The position numbers and the translations under genes were made by a program. DNA of 63,818 nt, the filler included, from Asterionella formosa (lineage: Eukaryota), in assembly GCA_002256025.1 (NCBI GenBank). It is 23 parts of 23 records of this genome, joined end to end, with 100 filler letters (N's around TTAATTAATTAA, not from the genome) between each part and the next. Parts side by side here need not be neighbours in the genome. Positions count along the whole stretch, not along the records: positions 1 to 1,608 come from NKIB01001758.1; positions 1,709 to 3,316 come from NKIB01001759.1; positions 3,417 to 5,024 come from NKIB01001760.1; positions 5,125 to 6,731 come from NKIB01001761.1; positions 6,832 to 8,438 come from NKIB01001762.1; positions 8,539 to 10,142 come from NKIB01001763.1; positions 10,243 to 11,849 come from NKIB01001764.1; positions 11,950 to 38,244 come from NKIB01001765.1; 15 more parts are not named here. One strand, written 5' to 3'. This document shows, one piece after another, positions 1 to 12,471 of the stretch (position 1 is the first letter of the stretch; each line of letters starts with the position of its first letter). Below the pieces are notes generated by a model. It was not told where the DNA came from. It worked only from the letters and a program-made list of their open reading frames with translations, and did not search any database.

Positions 1-863
1 TGATTATTTGGTATTTCCCGTTGGCGGCTTCGCTGTTGCTTTTGTTGTTGTCTCGAAATAGAATATTATTGCAGAGAACCGACTCATCGAGAAACGGGAC
101 AGGGGCAACACAATGGCGGGGTGACGGACAACAATAAGGTGTTAAATAAATCGCTATACGAGTACTTATGACGATAGGAAATGAGAACGAAGCATCGAAA
201 GCAAATTCCCGGGGGGGGAGGGGGGTGGGGGTTGTCAAATCATACGATGAAGGTGATAAAAATAAAAATATATACAGGTATATCATATATTATTTTTATA
301 TGTGCCGCAAACAATTACCCACTCACGATCTGACAACGAAAAATGGCGCGCCTAAAGACTCTGAACAATACGACTGGGTGAATGATATTCAAAGACCGGT
401 GGTATACTATGTACTGTAATCTACTTGGTACCCATACTTAGATGTTTGGATTGTTCTTTTGTTTGCCTACCGGTAATGTCCTCCTCGCTTGCTCTTGACT
501 GTTTGTCCATCTGTTTGCCCCAAATCGAATTTCCCTTTTCCTGGCAAAACGTCACTGTTCCATTTCTTTCTGTCTGTGCCACGAGCGAAACAGCGGCGGG
601 AATACCGGTATGTCCTTTCGTAGCGCATGTACCTGTTTATTTACTCATATACCGGTAGGTAGCAGATTCATGTTTATCGAATTATGCATATACAAAAATA
701 ATATTGTCGTCCTGCTTTCAGTTTACGTTCGTCAACCCATATTGTTATCTTCCTTGCTGTTGTGATTACTACATGTAGCGACAACGGTTACCTTAATTAG
801 CCTACTCAGAACATCTTACTGATCCTTGTAGTGGTTTGAGGCAAGACGATAAGCGAACGAACA

Positions 864-1608
864 ATGTTGTCGTGGATTCCTGGACGGCCTTGTACTGGCG
901 TTCGACGACGCTGTAATTCAATGATTCAGAGCGCATTTGCGCACTTGAACGATCACACTTCGACACTCAGAATACATGATGTCAAGACAAGATTATTGTG
1001 GAACTCATCATCTTCGCTGGCTTCCATCAAGAGACCAACAGAGGGAAAGCGACGGTATCTCCCCACAATAAGGACCTTGTCCACCGAAAATTCGTGTGCC
1101 GCCAAAGCTGTCATTAGCACCTCCAGCGAAGCTCTCCGCGTCATGAACTTGGCCAATGAGTCCAAAATGCCACAAGATGCCGAACTGGCTGGACAGACAT
1201 TACTCGAATTGACGTTTCCTCCTGATGCCATGGCCTCCAACTCCCTGGAAACTCGAAGGGACCTGCACCGGTGCTTCTTAGTCGTGGCGTCGCTTTGTCT
1301 GGCGCACCCTTCACAAGTCCTACTTGGCTTGGAATTGACTCGAAGAGCGCAAATATTGAGTATACCATTTCATTTGCCACTTTATCAAAAGCTCGTCACA
1401 GCGCTAGCACTGGAGCAGAAACCAGACCAACGAATTCTGGAAGTTGCATCTTGGGCTTGTCTGGCGCTAAACACCTCTCTACAATCCAGCTTCTTTGCCG
1501 AGGCCATGGTGGCTCTTGTGAAGCAAAATCGCTTTCGAGAAGCGAGGGATCTGATTTTTGAGTTGAAGGAACGACATGACATTGAGCGCTTGGACGGATA
1601 CACAACCA
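864..1608 (+). CDS. Hypothetical helical-repeat (possibly PPR-like) protein, 3'-truncated by the contig end
   Basis: 248 open codons from an ATG. The N-terminus is Arg/Ser-rich like a presequence, and the end resembles a PPR helix pair (FFAEAMVALVKQNRFREARDLIFELKERHDI). Confidence 0.55.
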
Positions 1609-1708
1609 NNNNNNNNNNNNNNNNNNNNNNNNNNNNNNNNNNNNNNNNNNNNTTAATTAATTAANNNNNNNNNNNNNNNNNNNNNNNNNNNNNNNNNNNN
1701 NNNNNNNN
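1609..1708. other. Artificial contig spacer (44 N + TTAATTAATTAA + 44 N); first of 22 copies
   Basis: The same 100-nt spacer, with stops in all six frames, starts at 1609, 3317, 5025, 6732, 8439, 10143, 11850, 38245, 39957, 41663, 43369, 45075, 46779, 48484, 50188, 51892, 53596, 55300, 57004, 58708, 60412 and 62116. Flanking contigs are all about 1603-1612 nt except 11950-38244. Confidence 0.98.
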
Positions 1709-3261
1709 AATGGGTCAAACTTGAACTTTTCCCAAAAGTCAAGTTTATCACAGGTGATATTGAACTTGATGAAAGGGGACCAACTAGTCTGGCACTCTCA
1801 TTTCGTGCTCACTTCCCAAGTCTATTCATGGGAACCGATAAGGACTTCGAGTCAATTTGGCAGACATATAAGAATGATATTAATAAAGTGATGTCTGAGA
1901 AAAGAAATGCCGTTGTTACCACTCTCAAACATGCCTTTGCCAGTAAGTAAACAACTTGACTTGGTGGTATGCCTGATTTGTTCTTGACTTGGTTAACATA
2001 CTCATTGTTTACTACTTACAAAACATTCGATTCCAATCTACAAAACCTCAGGACTTTTTCGTGATGGTATGCACATTCATCTGAATAAGCATACCATCTC
2101 CAACAGCCGTTCTGTTTCTATTCAGGAGACAGGTGATGGAGAAGGAACCAAGAATCATCCTTTCTTCCTTCTAGTTGAGTACTTTTATTCCAGGGTTGGG
2201 CGAAAGCTGTCTTGGAAACGACAGTGTGCTAAGAAGCATGTCAGTGACATTGTTAGTGTTTCTGACGAGGCTTTTTCATTGTTGGTCTTGGAGAATTGTT
2301 GGGATGTCTGGTTGCATAAGGCAATGATGAAAGGTCATGAAGATGATACTCCTGCACCAAAATACGTTTATACCGGTACTGGAGGACAGGGAAAGAGATA
2401 TGGTGGCTGGGACGCAAAGGGATATGCCAGGTTCAACAGCCTGTATGACATAGTTGTTCATCAAAGGACAACTGCCATGAGCAGGCAGTTGGAGATCAGT
2501 TTTAAGTCCAATCTTCTTGTTTTGGTTGGAGTTCCACAAGGTTAGTCACTTCGGGGAAGTGAACAAAGTGGAATTGTTGAAATGATGTTCATTGAAAATA
2601 TTGACTAACTGATGGAAATTTTCATTGAAGTTACGCCAGGGAACAACAGTGTGCCTGCCATTAGAGTTCGGAATGATCTAGTGGCCATTTATCTTCCAGT
2701 AAGCACAACTCCGGCATCTTCCATCAGTGGATTGACTCCACAAGTTATTTCAGGAAGAACTTCAAGGATAACAACTGGTAGTACTAAGAGTGCAAAGATT
2801 TCAAAGAGTACAAAGAGTTTGACCGTGATTATTCACTTTCCCCCAGACCAAGTCAAGGGTGCCACAGATTGGTACTCCCAAGAGATGAAGAAAAAGATGT
2901 ATGTGGAGCTTCGGATGAAGAAAAAGAGTGAAATTATAGGGCTTGTATTGATTAGAACATTGCACCCCTAGACCTTTTTGGAGATGAAATTAAAGAAGGG
3001 ATGATGAATGATGAGAGCTACATTGAAAAGTTCGAGGAGGTTGCAGCAAAGGGCGAGAGGAAATACAAAGTGGCTAAGAAGAAGATCTACGCAAAGTTGC
3101 ACAGGGACTTTTACAGGTTCAAGAAAAGCAAATTAGACAAAGAATCAGTGGAGATGACAGATGAAAGAATCAAGGTGGCGAATGAAACTAGGAGTGAATA
3201 TGAGTATTTCAAACGGTCAATGAAAGAAGTTGCAAGACAATTGAACTTCACTCCAGTTTAG
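1709..3261 (+). pseudogene. Decayed, spliced repeat-associated protein of a type common in diatoms (probable transposon accessory ORF)
   Basis: Exon WVKLELFPKVKFI...WQTYKNDINKVMSEKRNAVVTTLKHAF is followed by GTAAGT at 1943. Downstream lies SVSDEAFSLLVLENCWDVW...KY...GGW...GYARFNSLYDIV. The frame is broken by stops at 2543 and 2969. Confidence 0.55.
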
Positions 3262-3416
3262 TGAAAATGAATTTCAATTTTGACGAATTGACTTTTGTCA
3301 AAGGGCAAATGAACTANNNNNNNNNNNNNNNNNNNNNNNNNNNNNNNNNNNNNNNNNNNNTTAATTAATTAANNNNNNNNNNNNNNNNNNNNNNNNNNNN
3401 NNNNNNNNNNNNNNNN

Positions 3417-4420
3417 TTTTTTTTCAGAACACACCATTTTGTCTGAAGAAGACCAAATGCCATTTCTATTCTTATCCTTAGCTGTGAAAGGAAAAAGTTA
3501 AATGTATCCTGTGTTGGATCATCACGTTGTGAGCCAACAAAGGGAACAAGCATTACATCAGACAATGTGTAAGCTGCATCGCCGACCAGATAAAAACCTG
3601 TGTTGAATGCTGCAACTTGATCGAAAATGGAAGTTTTTTCAAAAGCTACTTGGTCACTGCATTTTCCCGGTGCAATTACACCAAAATAAATAAATCTTGA
3701 GTCAGCATCACAAACAGCCTGGACATTGATTCCATAAGTCATGTAGTGACCGGAAAAAAATGAACCAGGGTTGTTGCCACTTTCAACTATAGTCGGGCGG
3801 TTGATGGTGGCAAGGAAGCCGTCAATAGCACCAACACATCCTCTCATCACGCCCTCTGAGCTTTTGCATTCAAAGCTGGAAGCCAATTTGATAAATTCTT
3901 CTTTTTCTTTTGGAAAAATAATTTCGAGTTCTTCACAGTTTAGTACAGCATCAATGAACAAATCACGACATCGATAAAGTGAAGCAATGCTACAACCGTA
4001 GGCATGACGAATGTCGATGTAACTGCCACCAGCCAGCCATCGCAAACCAATGGCTACCACAATTTCGGGAATTATGGGCTCAGAAGTGCCACATTTGGAA
4101 TAATTCCCTGCAATCTGAATTTCCAGCATGGAGGTGAGTTTTTTGAATGCTCTGTGTGACATTCTGTATGTCTTCTCGAAAGCAATCTCGTGATTGAGTT
4201 TCTCGACATGTGATTGCCAGGAGATTCTTTCGTGGTGCCACTTGTGCCTTCGTTGTCGTCGTCGTTCAGATGACTGAAGCTGCCGTTTACAGCGTCGCCT
4301 TTGTCGTTTGGATGAGTGTTCTTTTTCCTCTGCTTCCTTAGTTAAATGACAGAGGAAGAAGAAATCAAGATCACTACTGTCATCGTCATTATCATCAAGT
4401 AAATCAAATGGCGACGACAT
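3417..4420 (-). CDS. PIF/Harbinger DDE transposase (HARBI1-like, DDE_Tnp_4), 3'-truncated
   Basis: FEKTYRMSHRAF, LRWLAGGSY, and the catalytic motifs GAIDG, GDAAY and RIRIEMAFGLLQTKW; the frame is open to the contig end. Confidence 0.92.
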
Positions 4421-4700
4421 GATTCATGCAAATGTGTGTTTTTAATATTATATTTAGTTTCCCGGTAATTATATTTTGTTGTTGCTTGATATCAAGACCA
4501 TCATTATATTCTGGAGGGATATACACATGATCTTCGCCAGCCTGTTGCCGTTGAAGATTCATTTTACTCCATGATACAATGTGATCACAAATTAGTGATA
4601 CAGTGACACTTTTGGAATGAATGAAATTCAGTTCAAATCGAGTTACCGTTGCTGATACATTTTCAAAAAAATTCAAATTCCGTGATACACGAAAAAAAAT

Positions 4701-4717
4701 GATAAGAACGACCCTAA
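4701..4717 (-). mobile_element. Putative 5' TIR and TTA/TAA target site of the Harbinger element
   Basis: The minus strand reads TTA|GGGTCGTTCTTATC about 290 nt upstream of the transposase ATG. Harbinger elements have TWA target duplications and G-rich TIR starts. The other end is not in the contig. Confidence 0.5.
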
Positions 4718-5124
4718 GGGGGGGCCCAGGACAATGAAGAGATTTCCCTTATAATGGACCTAAGTAAATTTCTTTAGTTCTACAGGATAGCGCACATTTT
4801 TCTAAGATGTATTAATATGACAATTATTTCCGTCTTGTGAAAAATGAGAGAGTTCTTCACCTCGCAAGAAAAACGCGACTTCATGTTGTTATCGGCGATC
4901 TCAATTTTCGTTGTCATTATTAGTGTTATTACTTTACTTCTTTTACGATTCTATTTTCCATGTCATTCTTAATACAGGTAGCAAGTAGCAAAGCGTCGTT
5001 CTCTATTTTCGTGGAGATAATTCGNNNNNNNNNNNNNNNNNNNNNNNNNNNNNNNNNNNNNNNNNNNNTTAATTAATTAANNNNNNNNNNNNNNNNNNNN
5101 NNNNNNNNNNNNNNNNNNNNNNNN

Positions 5125-6731
5125 ATGCCCTCACACAAACGCGCCACTTACATCCGCATTGTGTGTGCCGATCGCCCTGAAAAAACCATTCCCCAACGCG
5201 TTCGTTGGACTGCTGGGGGTGATCGTGTCATTTACACTGGCAATGTCAGCATCAAGACTATACTGGCAATGTCAGCATCAAGACTGCTGATCTCACTACT
5301 GCAAAATGTTTGTTCAACAGCACCATCAGTACCCCCGGTGGCCGCTTCATGACTCTGGATTTATCTGATTTTTATCTGGAAAGTCATCTTGCACCTGCCG
5401 AGTATGAATACGTGCGCATCCCTATATAGATGATTCCCCCACACATTCAAACCCTCTACAACCTAGCTCCAAAAATCATTGATGGGCACATCTATGCCGA
5501 AATCCGTCGTGGCATGTATGGGCTGCCTCAAGCTGGTAAACTTGCCAATGATCAACTTGCTCAGTTCTTGCTACCACATCATTACCTCCCCTGCCGAGTC
5601 ACCCCTGGCCTATGGATGGATACCACCAGTGATCTCATGTTTACGCTTGTTGTTGATGATTGCGGTGTACGTTACACCAAACGTAGTGACGTGGACCGTC
5701 TCCTCACCACTTTACGTACCAAATACCGACTCACAACTGATTGGACTGGCTCTCGATACATTGGCCTTACACTGACGTGGGACTATGAACATTGCACAGT
5801 TGACCTCACTTTGCCTGGTTACATTGTTCGTGCTCTACAACGATTCACGCACTCCACTCCAACACACCCACAACATGCCCCCCATGCCTGGACTGCACCT
5901 AGTTATGGCGCTCGCCAGCAATTTGTTGTTTCTGATGTCACCCCTGTCCTTGACCTCCATGATAAAACACGTGTGCAAGAGATTCTTGGTACTTTATTGT
6001 ATTATGCCCGTGCTATTGATTGTACTATGTTGCCGGCCCTTGGTACATTGGCTACACAACAAGCAACCCCCACTGTGGCTACCTTGACTGCTATTACTCA
6101 ACTTCTCAATTATTGTGCCATGCATCCTGAGGCCACACTTCGCTTTACTGCCAGTGACATGGTCCTCCATGTTGAAAGCGATGCTTCCTATCTCTCTGAA
6201 ACACGTGGTCGCTCCCGCGCTGCCGGCATTCACTTTCTCAGCTGTAAACCCGTGTCTCCACCTAGCCTCACTACATCCATCCCTCCTCTTAACGGTGCTA
6301 TTTACGTCCACTGTCAAATTCTTAAGGAGGTTGTATCAAGTGCTGCTGAGGCCGAATTAGCTGCTTTATTCCACAATGGCAAAGAGGCATATGCTATTCG
6401 CACCATTCTTGCTGAGCTTGGTCATCCCCAACCTTCTACCCGTATTGTCACCGATAATAGCACTGCCAGTGGCATCGCCAATGATACTGTCCGACAAAAA
6501 CGTTCCAAAGCTATGGATATGCGTTATTACTGGGTACGCGATCGGGTTCGCCAAGGCCAATTTCTTGTATACTGGAAAAAAGGTAGTTTGAATCGTGCTG
6601 ATTATTTCACTAAACATCATCCCGCTTCCCATCATATGTTGATGCGCCCGCACTATCTCCATTGCCCTCCATCCCTCCCTAGTCCTCCTAACTATTATGC
6701 GTGCTTGGCTTCCGATGCTGATAGCATCTCC
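5125..6731 (+). mobile_element. Ty1/Copia (CoDi-like) LTR retrotransposon RT-RNase H region, inactivated
   Basis: Motifs GMYGLPQAG, VVDD, SDASY, SSAAEAE, TDNSTA, RSKAMDMRYYW and NRADYFTKHH. A 26-nt tandem duplication (5234-5285) shifts the frame, and there is an in-frame TAG at about 5427. Confidence 0.93.
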
Positions 6732-7319
6732 NNNNNNNNNNNNNNNNNNNNNNNNNNNNNNNNNNNNNNNNNNNNTTAATTAATTAANNNNNNNNNNNNN
6801 NNNNNNNNNNNNNNNNNNNNNNNNNNNNNNNGTCAAAGAAGTGACAATCAGCCGAATAAAATCACGGGAAAGTAGCCTTAAAAAATGAAGAGTAATGCTT
6901 TGTCGTTAGATGTTCTATGAATCTAGAAACATTCCAATCTAGTAGCACAGCTGCCTCGAATTTATTAGCACTTGCAGTTGTTAGATATCTCTCCATCCTA
7001 CTAGATGTACTAGTAGTGCATCATCCAGTGCAACAAACATGGTTGAACGAGGTGAGGGATTGGTTGTTGTTACTACATGATTAACTATTCAGAACCACTC
7101 TAGTTGAATACGCAAGGGGGAGTCTTGATCTTTCAACTACCAAGATGCATTAATCTAGAAGGGTCTATTAGAATAGCAAGTAAACACATCATGGAATCTG
7201 TATTGAAAATAAATCAACTGATAGAGTTAAAAATTTATTTCTTCATCATCAAAAGATTTTGATATGTCTTTTCTTCGCCTATTCAATATACCTCCAAAAA
7301 AATATTTTAGAAGAAGGGT

Positions 7320-8200
7320 GTAAACTCTGGTGCATCATGATGAAAATTTGTTCTACAATGACTTCCTCACTTTCTGTGTGATTCGTACACTTCGGGTAAT
7401 AAATATAATGACAATGACGACAAGGAGACACTTGGAATAAGATGGTTTACTGGTGATTGATAACAATAAATGATATAGGAAAAAGTAAATAAATTTTAGA
7501 ATTTTACATTGACAATGCGCATCTCGTTCAGCTGAGCACCAATGGACATGGATGCGTCAGTTTTGGTGCATCAGGATACTAGCGAAATATCATCCTTTCT
7601 TTGTCGTCATCTCTTGGGTGCTGGTTCATACATTCTTAGCATACGTTACATACAACAACAGGATACATATGGACCATGTTGATTTACAGATGAAGAATAA
7701 CAAATGAATGATAAATGCAAAAGAAATAAAATTTTATATTTTTAACATCGACAATGCGCATTTCTTCAAGCCTATTAGGCGCTGTAGACGGTTGCATCGA
7801 TTTGGTGCATCAGGATGGCGAAATGTCCTTTCCACATAGTATCATTGTCAATTCCTGGGCGATTCATACATTCTTGGCATATGTTATATATGACAACGAC
7901 AGGAGACACTTGTAACATGTTGGTTTATTGATGAGGGATGAAAAATGAATGATAAATGCAAAAGTTTAAATTTGAGAGTTTAACATTGACAATGCGCATT
8001 TCTATAAGGTTAGTAGCGGCGATGTAGGTGTCTGCATCGATTTGGTGCATCAGGATGGCGAAATGTCCTTTCTATGTATCTTCATCATTTCCTGGGCGAT
8101 TCATCATACACTCTTGACAAATGTTATATATGACGACTGGAAACACTTGTAACATGTTGGTTCATTGATTTTTTAGAATTTTGCATTGGCATGATTTAAC
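7320..8200. repeat. Degenerate tandem repeat, unit about 240 nt, 3.5-4 copies
   Basis: ACATYGACAATGCGCAT recurs at about 7506, 7745 and 7983. GGTGCATCAGGAT recurs at about 7329 (one mismatch), 7565, 7804 and 8044. Confidence 0.85.
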
Positions 8201-9384
8201 ATTTTTATATCCCAATAGGGTGGCTTGTTGCTGCACTGGTACTGTACAAATTTGTACTGTTTGTAACATGATTTTTTCGCAATGAAATATCCTTTAACAT
8301 AAAATGTTTCATGAGCTTTGAATGGAATAAGTGGTACTAATATCATATATTTCAGTCTTGAGTAAGATTGTGAAACATGACATGAAAACCATTAAGAGTG
8401 ATCTTGATGACTAGAATAGTGCATTTTTTAGGTGATGGNNNNNNNNNNNNNNNNNNNNNNNNNNNNNNNNNNNNNNNNNNNNTTAATTAATTAANNNNNN
8501 NNNNNNNNNNNNNNNNNNNNNNNNNNNNNNNNNNNNNNAAACTTACCGGTTCATTTTTGTCATCTTAACTTTGAGAGAAGGTAAACGTTTTGTCAGCTTT
8601 GTTCCAACAGAAGTGAATAGGTCCAACGAGCGACAAGAGCACTTACGCAATTTGGTTTGGTTTTGTTTTACATTGGTGCTCCCCAACAAGCGAAACGAGC
8701 TGTTTAATCAACTGAGAAAAAAGGAAATGTGGCTGCGTTTAGTTAACAATTTGTTGTTGTGCTGCCTGTCTCCCAACGATTGTCATCCAAGTACCACATT
8801 GATGGCTTCATTACCTTAAACATTCTCCATCCTTCGAATGCGCAATGTGTCGAAGTCACAATGTTTTTCCTTATGTATTGCGAAAATTTTCTTTTCTTTT
8901 AATGTGCTTTACTACGACGTATCTTTTCATGAAGCAGCAGGCATTGTTTGTTAACATGACAGAACGATTTCAAAAATATATATGCCATGCATATAGTAAT
9001 AAAATTTATAAATATATATATATATATATTAAGTGTTATATATTTATAAAATTCAAAGGCGCTCTCGATATGGAACATCTGATATGGTTGAGATGATCAT
9101 ACTCGCATATACATAATTCGAAAATACTCAATGCACTATATGTCCATTATTTTCCACGACTACATGTTCCGGAATTGTTTCTGAAATTTGTTTGCATCGA
9201 TATTTTCTACGTCCGTTGAAACTAATTATTTAGACCGTTAAATAGCCGCCAGGGTTTTGGTTGCAAATTGTTTAAGCCCCTTTTTGGTTGGGAGCTCTTC
9301 ATGTGTACCGGTACATCATATGACAATAACAATATATCATATATATATACAGAGTACCAGTAACAGGTAGTAAGTGATATACTG

Positions 9385-9825
9385 GGGGTAGTCGGAGTAG
9401 TAAACTAGCAACAGAACACCATATGTTCAGGACTGTTGCTACTGCAGTGGGACAGTAAATCATCATAGTTTTAGGATCAAATGATCATAAAATTAAAATT
9501 CAAAAGAACACCATATGTTCATGACTGTTGCAATTACATTGGGACAGTAAATTATCATAGTTTTAGGATCATATGATCGTAAAACTAAAAACAAATAGAA
9601 CACGCACCATATGTTCATGAGTGTTCCAATTACAGTGGGACAGTAAATCATCATAGTTTTAGGATTGTATGATCGTGAAACTGAAAAGCGGTACCGGTAG
9701 TCGGAGTAATAAGCAAGCAATAGAACACCATAGTAAATCATCATAGTTTTAGGATTGTATAAATAGAACACCATATGTCTATGACTGCTGCTACTACAGC
9801 GGGACAGTACCGGTAAATGAATTTA
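9385..9825. repeat. Degenerate tandem repeat, unit about 92 nt, about 4.5 copies
   Basis: AATCATCATAGTTTTAGGAT or a one-mismatch variant at about 9458, 9550, 9646 and 9736. AGAACACCATATGT and GGGACAGTA also recur. Confidence 0.85.
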
Positions 9826-9885
9826 AGATCATCGAACTTTAAGGAAGACAACGACAACAGCTGGTCGTGTTGCTGGTCCACTTTA

Positions 9886-10142
9886 ATGGCCGAAGAAGGA
9901 AGCGACGAAAAGATCACCAATACGAGCGGAACGAGAGAAATCGCTTACGACGCCAAGTCTGGACGATTCTTTGAGACTACCGGTAACTTGCAGGAAGAAG
10001 AATGCATTCCTGACGAGGAATACTGTGTCGTCGATCCGGAAAGTGGGGAACTCATTCGTCTTACAGTAGCCGAAAAGGAGCGTATCTTTCTGGACGCGCT
10101 TCAGTCCTACTATGCCACTGGAAGGCAAACTCAAGGATGACG
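9886..10142 (+). pseudogene. PGRL1: PGR5-like 1 (PGRL1) gene fragment, frameshifted
   Basis: EIAYDAKSGRFFET...CIPDEEYCVVDPESGELIRLTVAEKERIFLDALQSYYATGRQ matches the PGRL1 E.EFL.ALQS.Y..G motif. The expected LKDD continuation is in another frame, and no targeting peptide lies upstream. Confidence 0.75.
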
Positions 10143-10242
10143 NNNNNNNNNNNNNNNNNNNNNNNNNNNNNNNNNNNNNNNNNNNNTTAATTAATTAANN
10201 NNNNNNNNNNNNNNNNNNNNNNNNNNNNNNNNNNNNNNNNNN

Positions 10243-11700
10243 GCGAAGCCATGATTTCGGTTCTGTGTGCTCCTTACCATGTTCCCCAATGTCCAACCCA
10301 GCCCTCATCAAATTGATTGTCTGCAATCAGTAAACAACGGTCGCAGAGTGAGTTCATGGACGAACAATTTTTACAAAGGCATCGTTCTTGTTGTGCTTAC
10401 CATGTGGCCTGATTCCCAACAAATCCCTTTCTCAACAGATTGATTGTCTGTAGACAACAAACAGCGTTTGCAGAGTAAGTTCGTGATCAACAATTAGTAA
10501 CAAGCACAAAATCAAGCCCTTCTTCTAATTCATTACAAATAGGCAATGCCTGCGCTAACAATTACGAACAAAGACGAAGGGGAATAGGAGAGGAGATCCG
10601 CCCACAACAAGCAACAGCAAACAATATCAGCAGAAGGCAAGAAAACATTGCACTTGCTTACCATGTATACATTTGTCCCCTATGCACCAGAGGAATCCTT
10701 TCAACAATGCAAATAACAAATGATTGATAGCCTGTCTGGCACAGGATAGCCATCCTCACACAGGCAGAGCACGACGCATTTCATTATTCCCAAGGTTCAA
10801 CCCTGCCCTGCCAAAAACAGATTGATTGTCTGTAGAAAAAGAAAAAGGTTCGCAGAGTATGTTCATGACTGACCACTTTTCCAATTCCAAACGGCACAAG
10901 TAAGAGGAAGAACGAAATGGAGGTAAAGGAACTACAACAGCAATCAAACATAGTTCCGAACACAAGACGAAGAAAACGAGCGACGGTGCAGAGTAACAAC
11001 AAAAAGAACAACAGCAATGTGACAAAAGACCTGTTTCCATTTCCCAAAATATTAACTGCTTACCATAATTTCTCGAACTTTCAGATGCATCCTTTCTGTG
11101 ATGACAAGCAAGGAGAAACAAAAAATGCCTGCCTGTTTCTTCCAGAGGAACCGGTCCACAACAGAGTCCTTCTTGTTATCTGGAAGCGAAGAACAAGATT
11201 CACAGAGTCAGATGATGGCTGGTTTTTAACAAACAAGACCTTTTTACATTCCATATCAAACAATGCATGTTCAAGTTCAAACGCAGGGCGAGGAACACCA
11301 AGGAAGAGAAGGTTATACAGCCACAGTAACCATAACGAAAGAACAATAGAATAAGAACAAGAAAAATGACAGCAGAAACAGCAGGGACAGCGGTAACGAC
11401 AACGAGAACACAACCATGATAGCAGAAAAGACGACAAAAACGACAACAATAACAATAACAATGACAATAATTTCATTTTACCATGAATGTGATATTTTGT
11501 TCCTTTCATTCCAGCAGCTGCTTTTCGTTAAGAAAACTGGCGCGGACGGTCCTCTTCGCCAACATTCATTTTGTACTAAATTTTTGTACATTGTACTTCA
11601 GAAAAAGCTCGCGCAGTCTATGCTTAGTCAGTATTGATCAAATTCGTCATCAGGATGCGTAAAATTTTCGGTGCTTGCTGTGGACTGATGACCAGTGCTG
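10243..11700 (-). repeat. Dispersed repeat family A, containing repeated exon-intron units on the minus strand
   Basis: About 11080-11640 is homologous to about 55400-55940 (TGCCTGYCTGTTTCTTCCAGA..ACAGAGTCCT; CTGGCGCGGACGGTCCTC; GCAGTCTATGCTT). TTGATTGTCTG recurs at about 10313, 10440 and 10822. Confidence 0.75.
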
Positions 11701-12471
11701 TAGCAACCTAAATTCCAATTCATTTCTTTCTCAACCAATTTGATGCCGATTTCTATCTAATATATTATTTGATGTACCCGAAATCAAAGGCTTCTTGTCG
11801 AATGTCGATATGCTCAGAACGAACGTATATTGTCCAAAGGAGGCATCAGNNNNNNNNNNNNNNNNNNNNNNNNNNNNNNNNNNNNNNNNNNNNTTAATTA
11901 ATTAANNNNNNNNNNNNNNNNNNNNNNNNNNNNNNNNNNNNNNNNNNNNCACGATGGGAGTGTTATGATATACCCGGTGGTACCTGGTAATGATGATTGC
12001 CGGAGGCGGGAGGAAGTGATCCATGCGTTGTCTACGTTGTTAGACTAATGGTATGTGCTAATGTATCAAAGTATAAACGACCCTAAATATCGATTATGAA
12101 TACATATGAATATAAATAATAGGCTTTACACAGCTAAACTAATGCATATCAGTTATGTGCTCTGGGACCATGCCAAACCTAATGCAAGAGTGACTGACTG
12201 CAAGTAACACGTGATTTTGATAAAGTGCAAAGCTGCATTGATGGATTCTGTGCATGCAACAAATACAGGTATGAGTCAGAGCAGGCAGCAAATTATCATA
12301 CCTAGCTACTATCTACTTGCTCCATACTGCTAGGATCATGGATAGGGATAGATACTTACTCCTGCTGATGGTAATGATACTAAATATTGAATGCAAATGC
12401 GAAAATATGGAGATGTTGGATCCGATACAGAGCAATGTGACGTGGGGCATCTTTTCACGTTGGCTGGTTGC

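Noticed and set aside
1653..1664. Recurring TTAATTAATTAA between N runs as a biological repeat
   Set aside because: It is a fixed 100-nt six-frame-stop linker added when contigs were concatenated. ORFs ending in X...LIN are artefacts of it.
9400..9820. CRISPR-like repeat-spacer array
   Set aside because: The spacers are homologous to each other, the repeats are degenerate, there are no cas genes and the context is eukaryotic.
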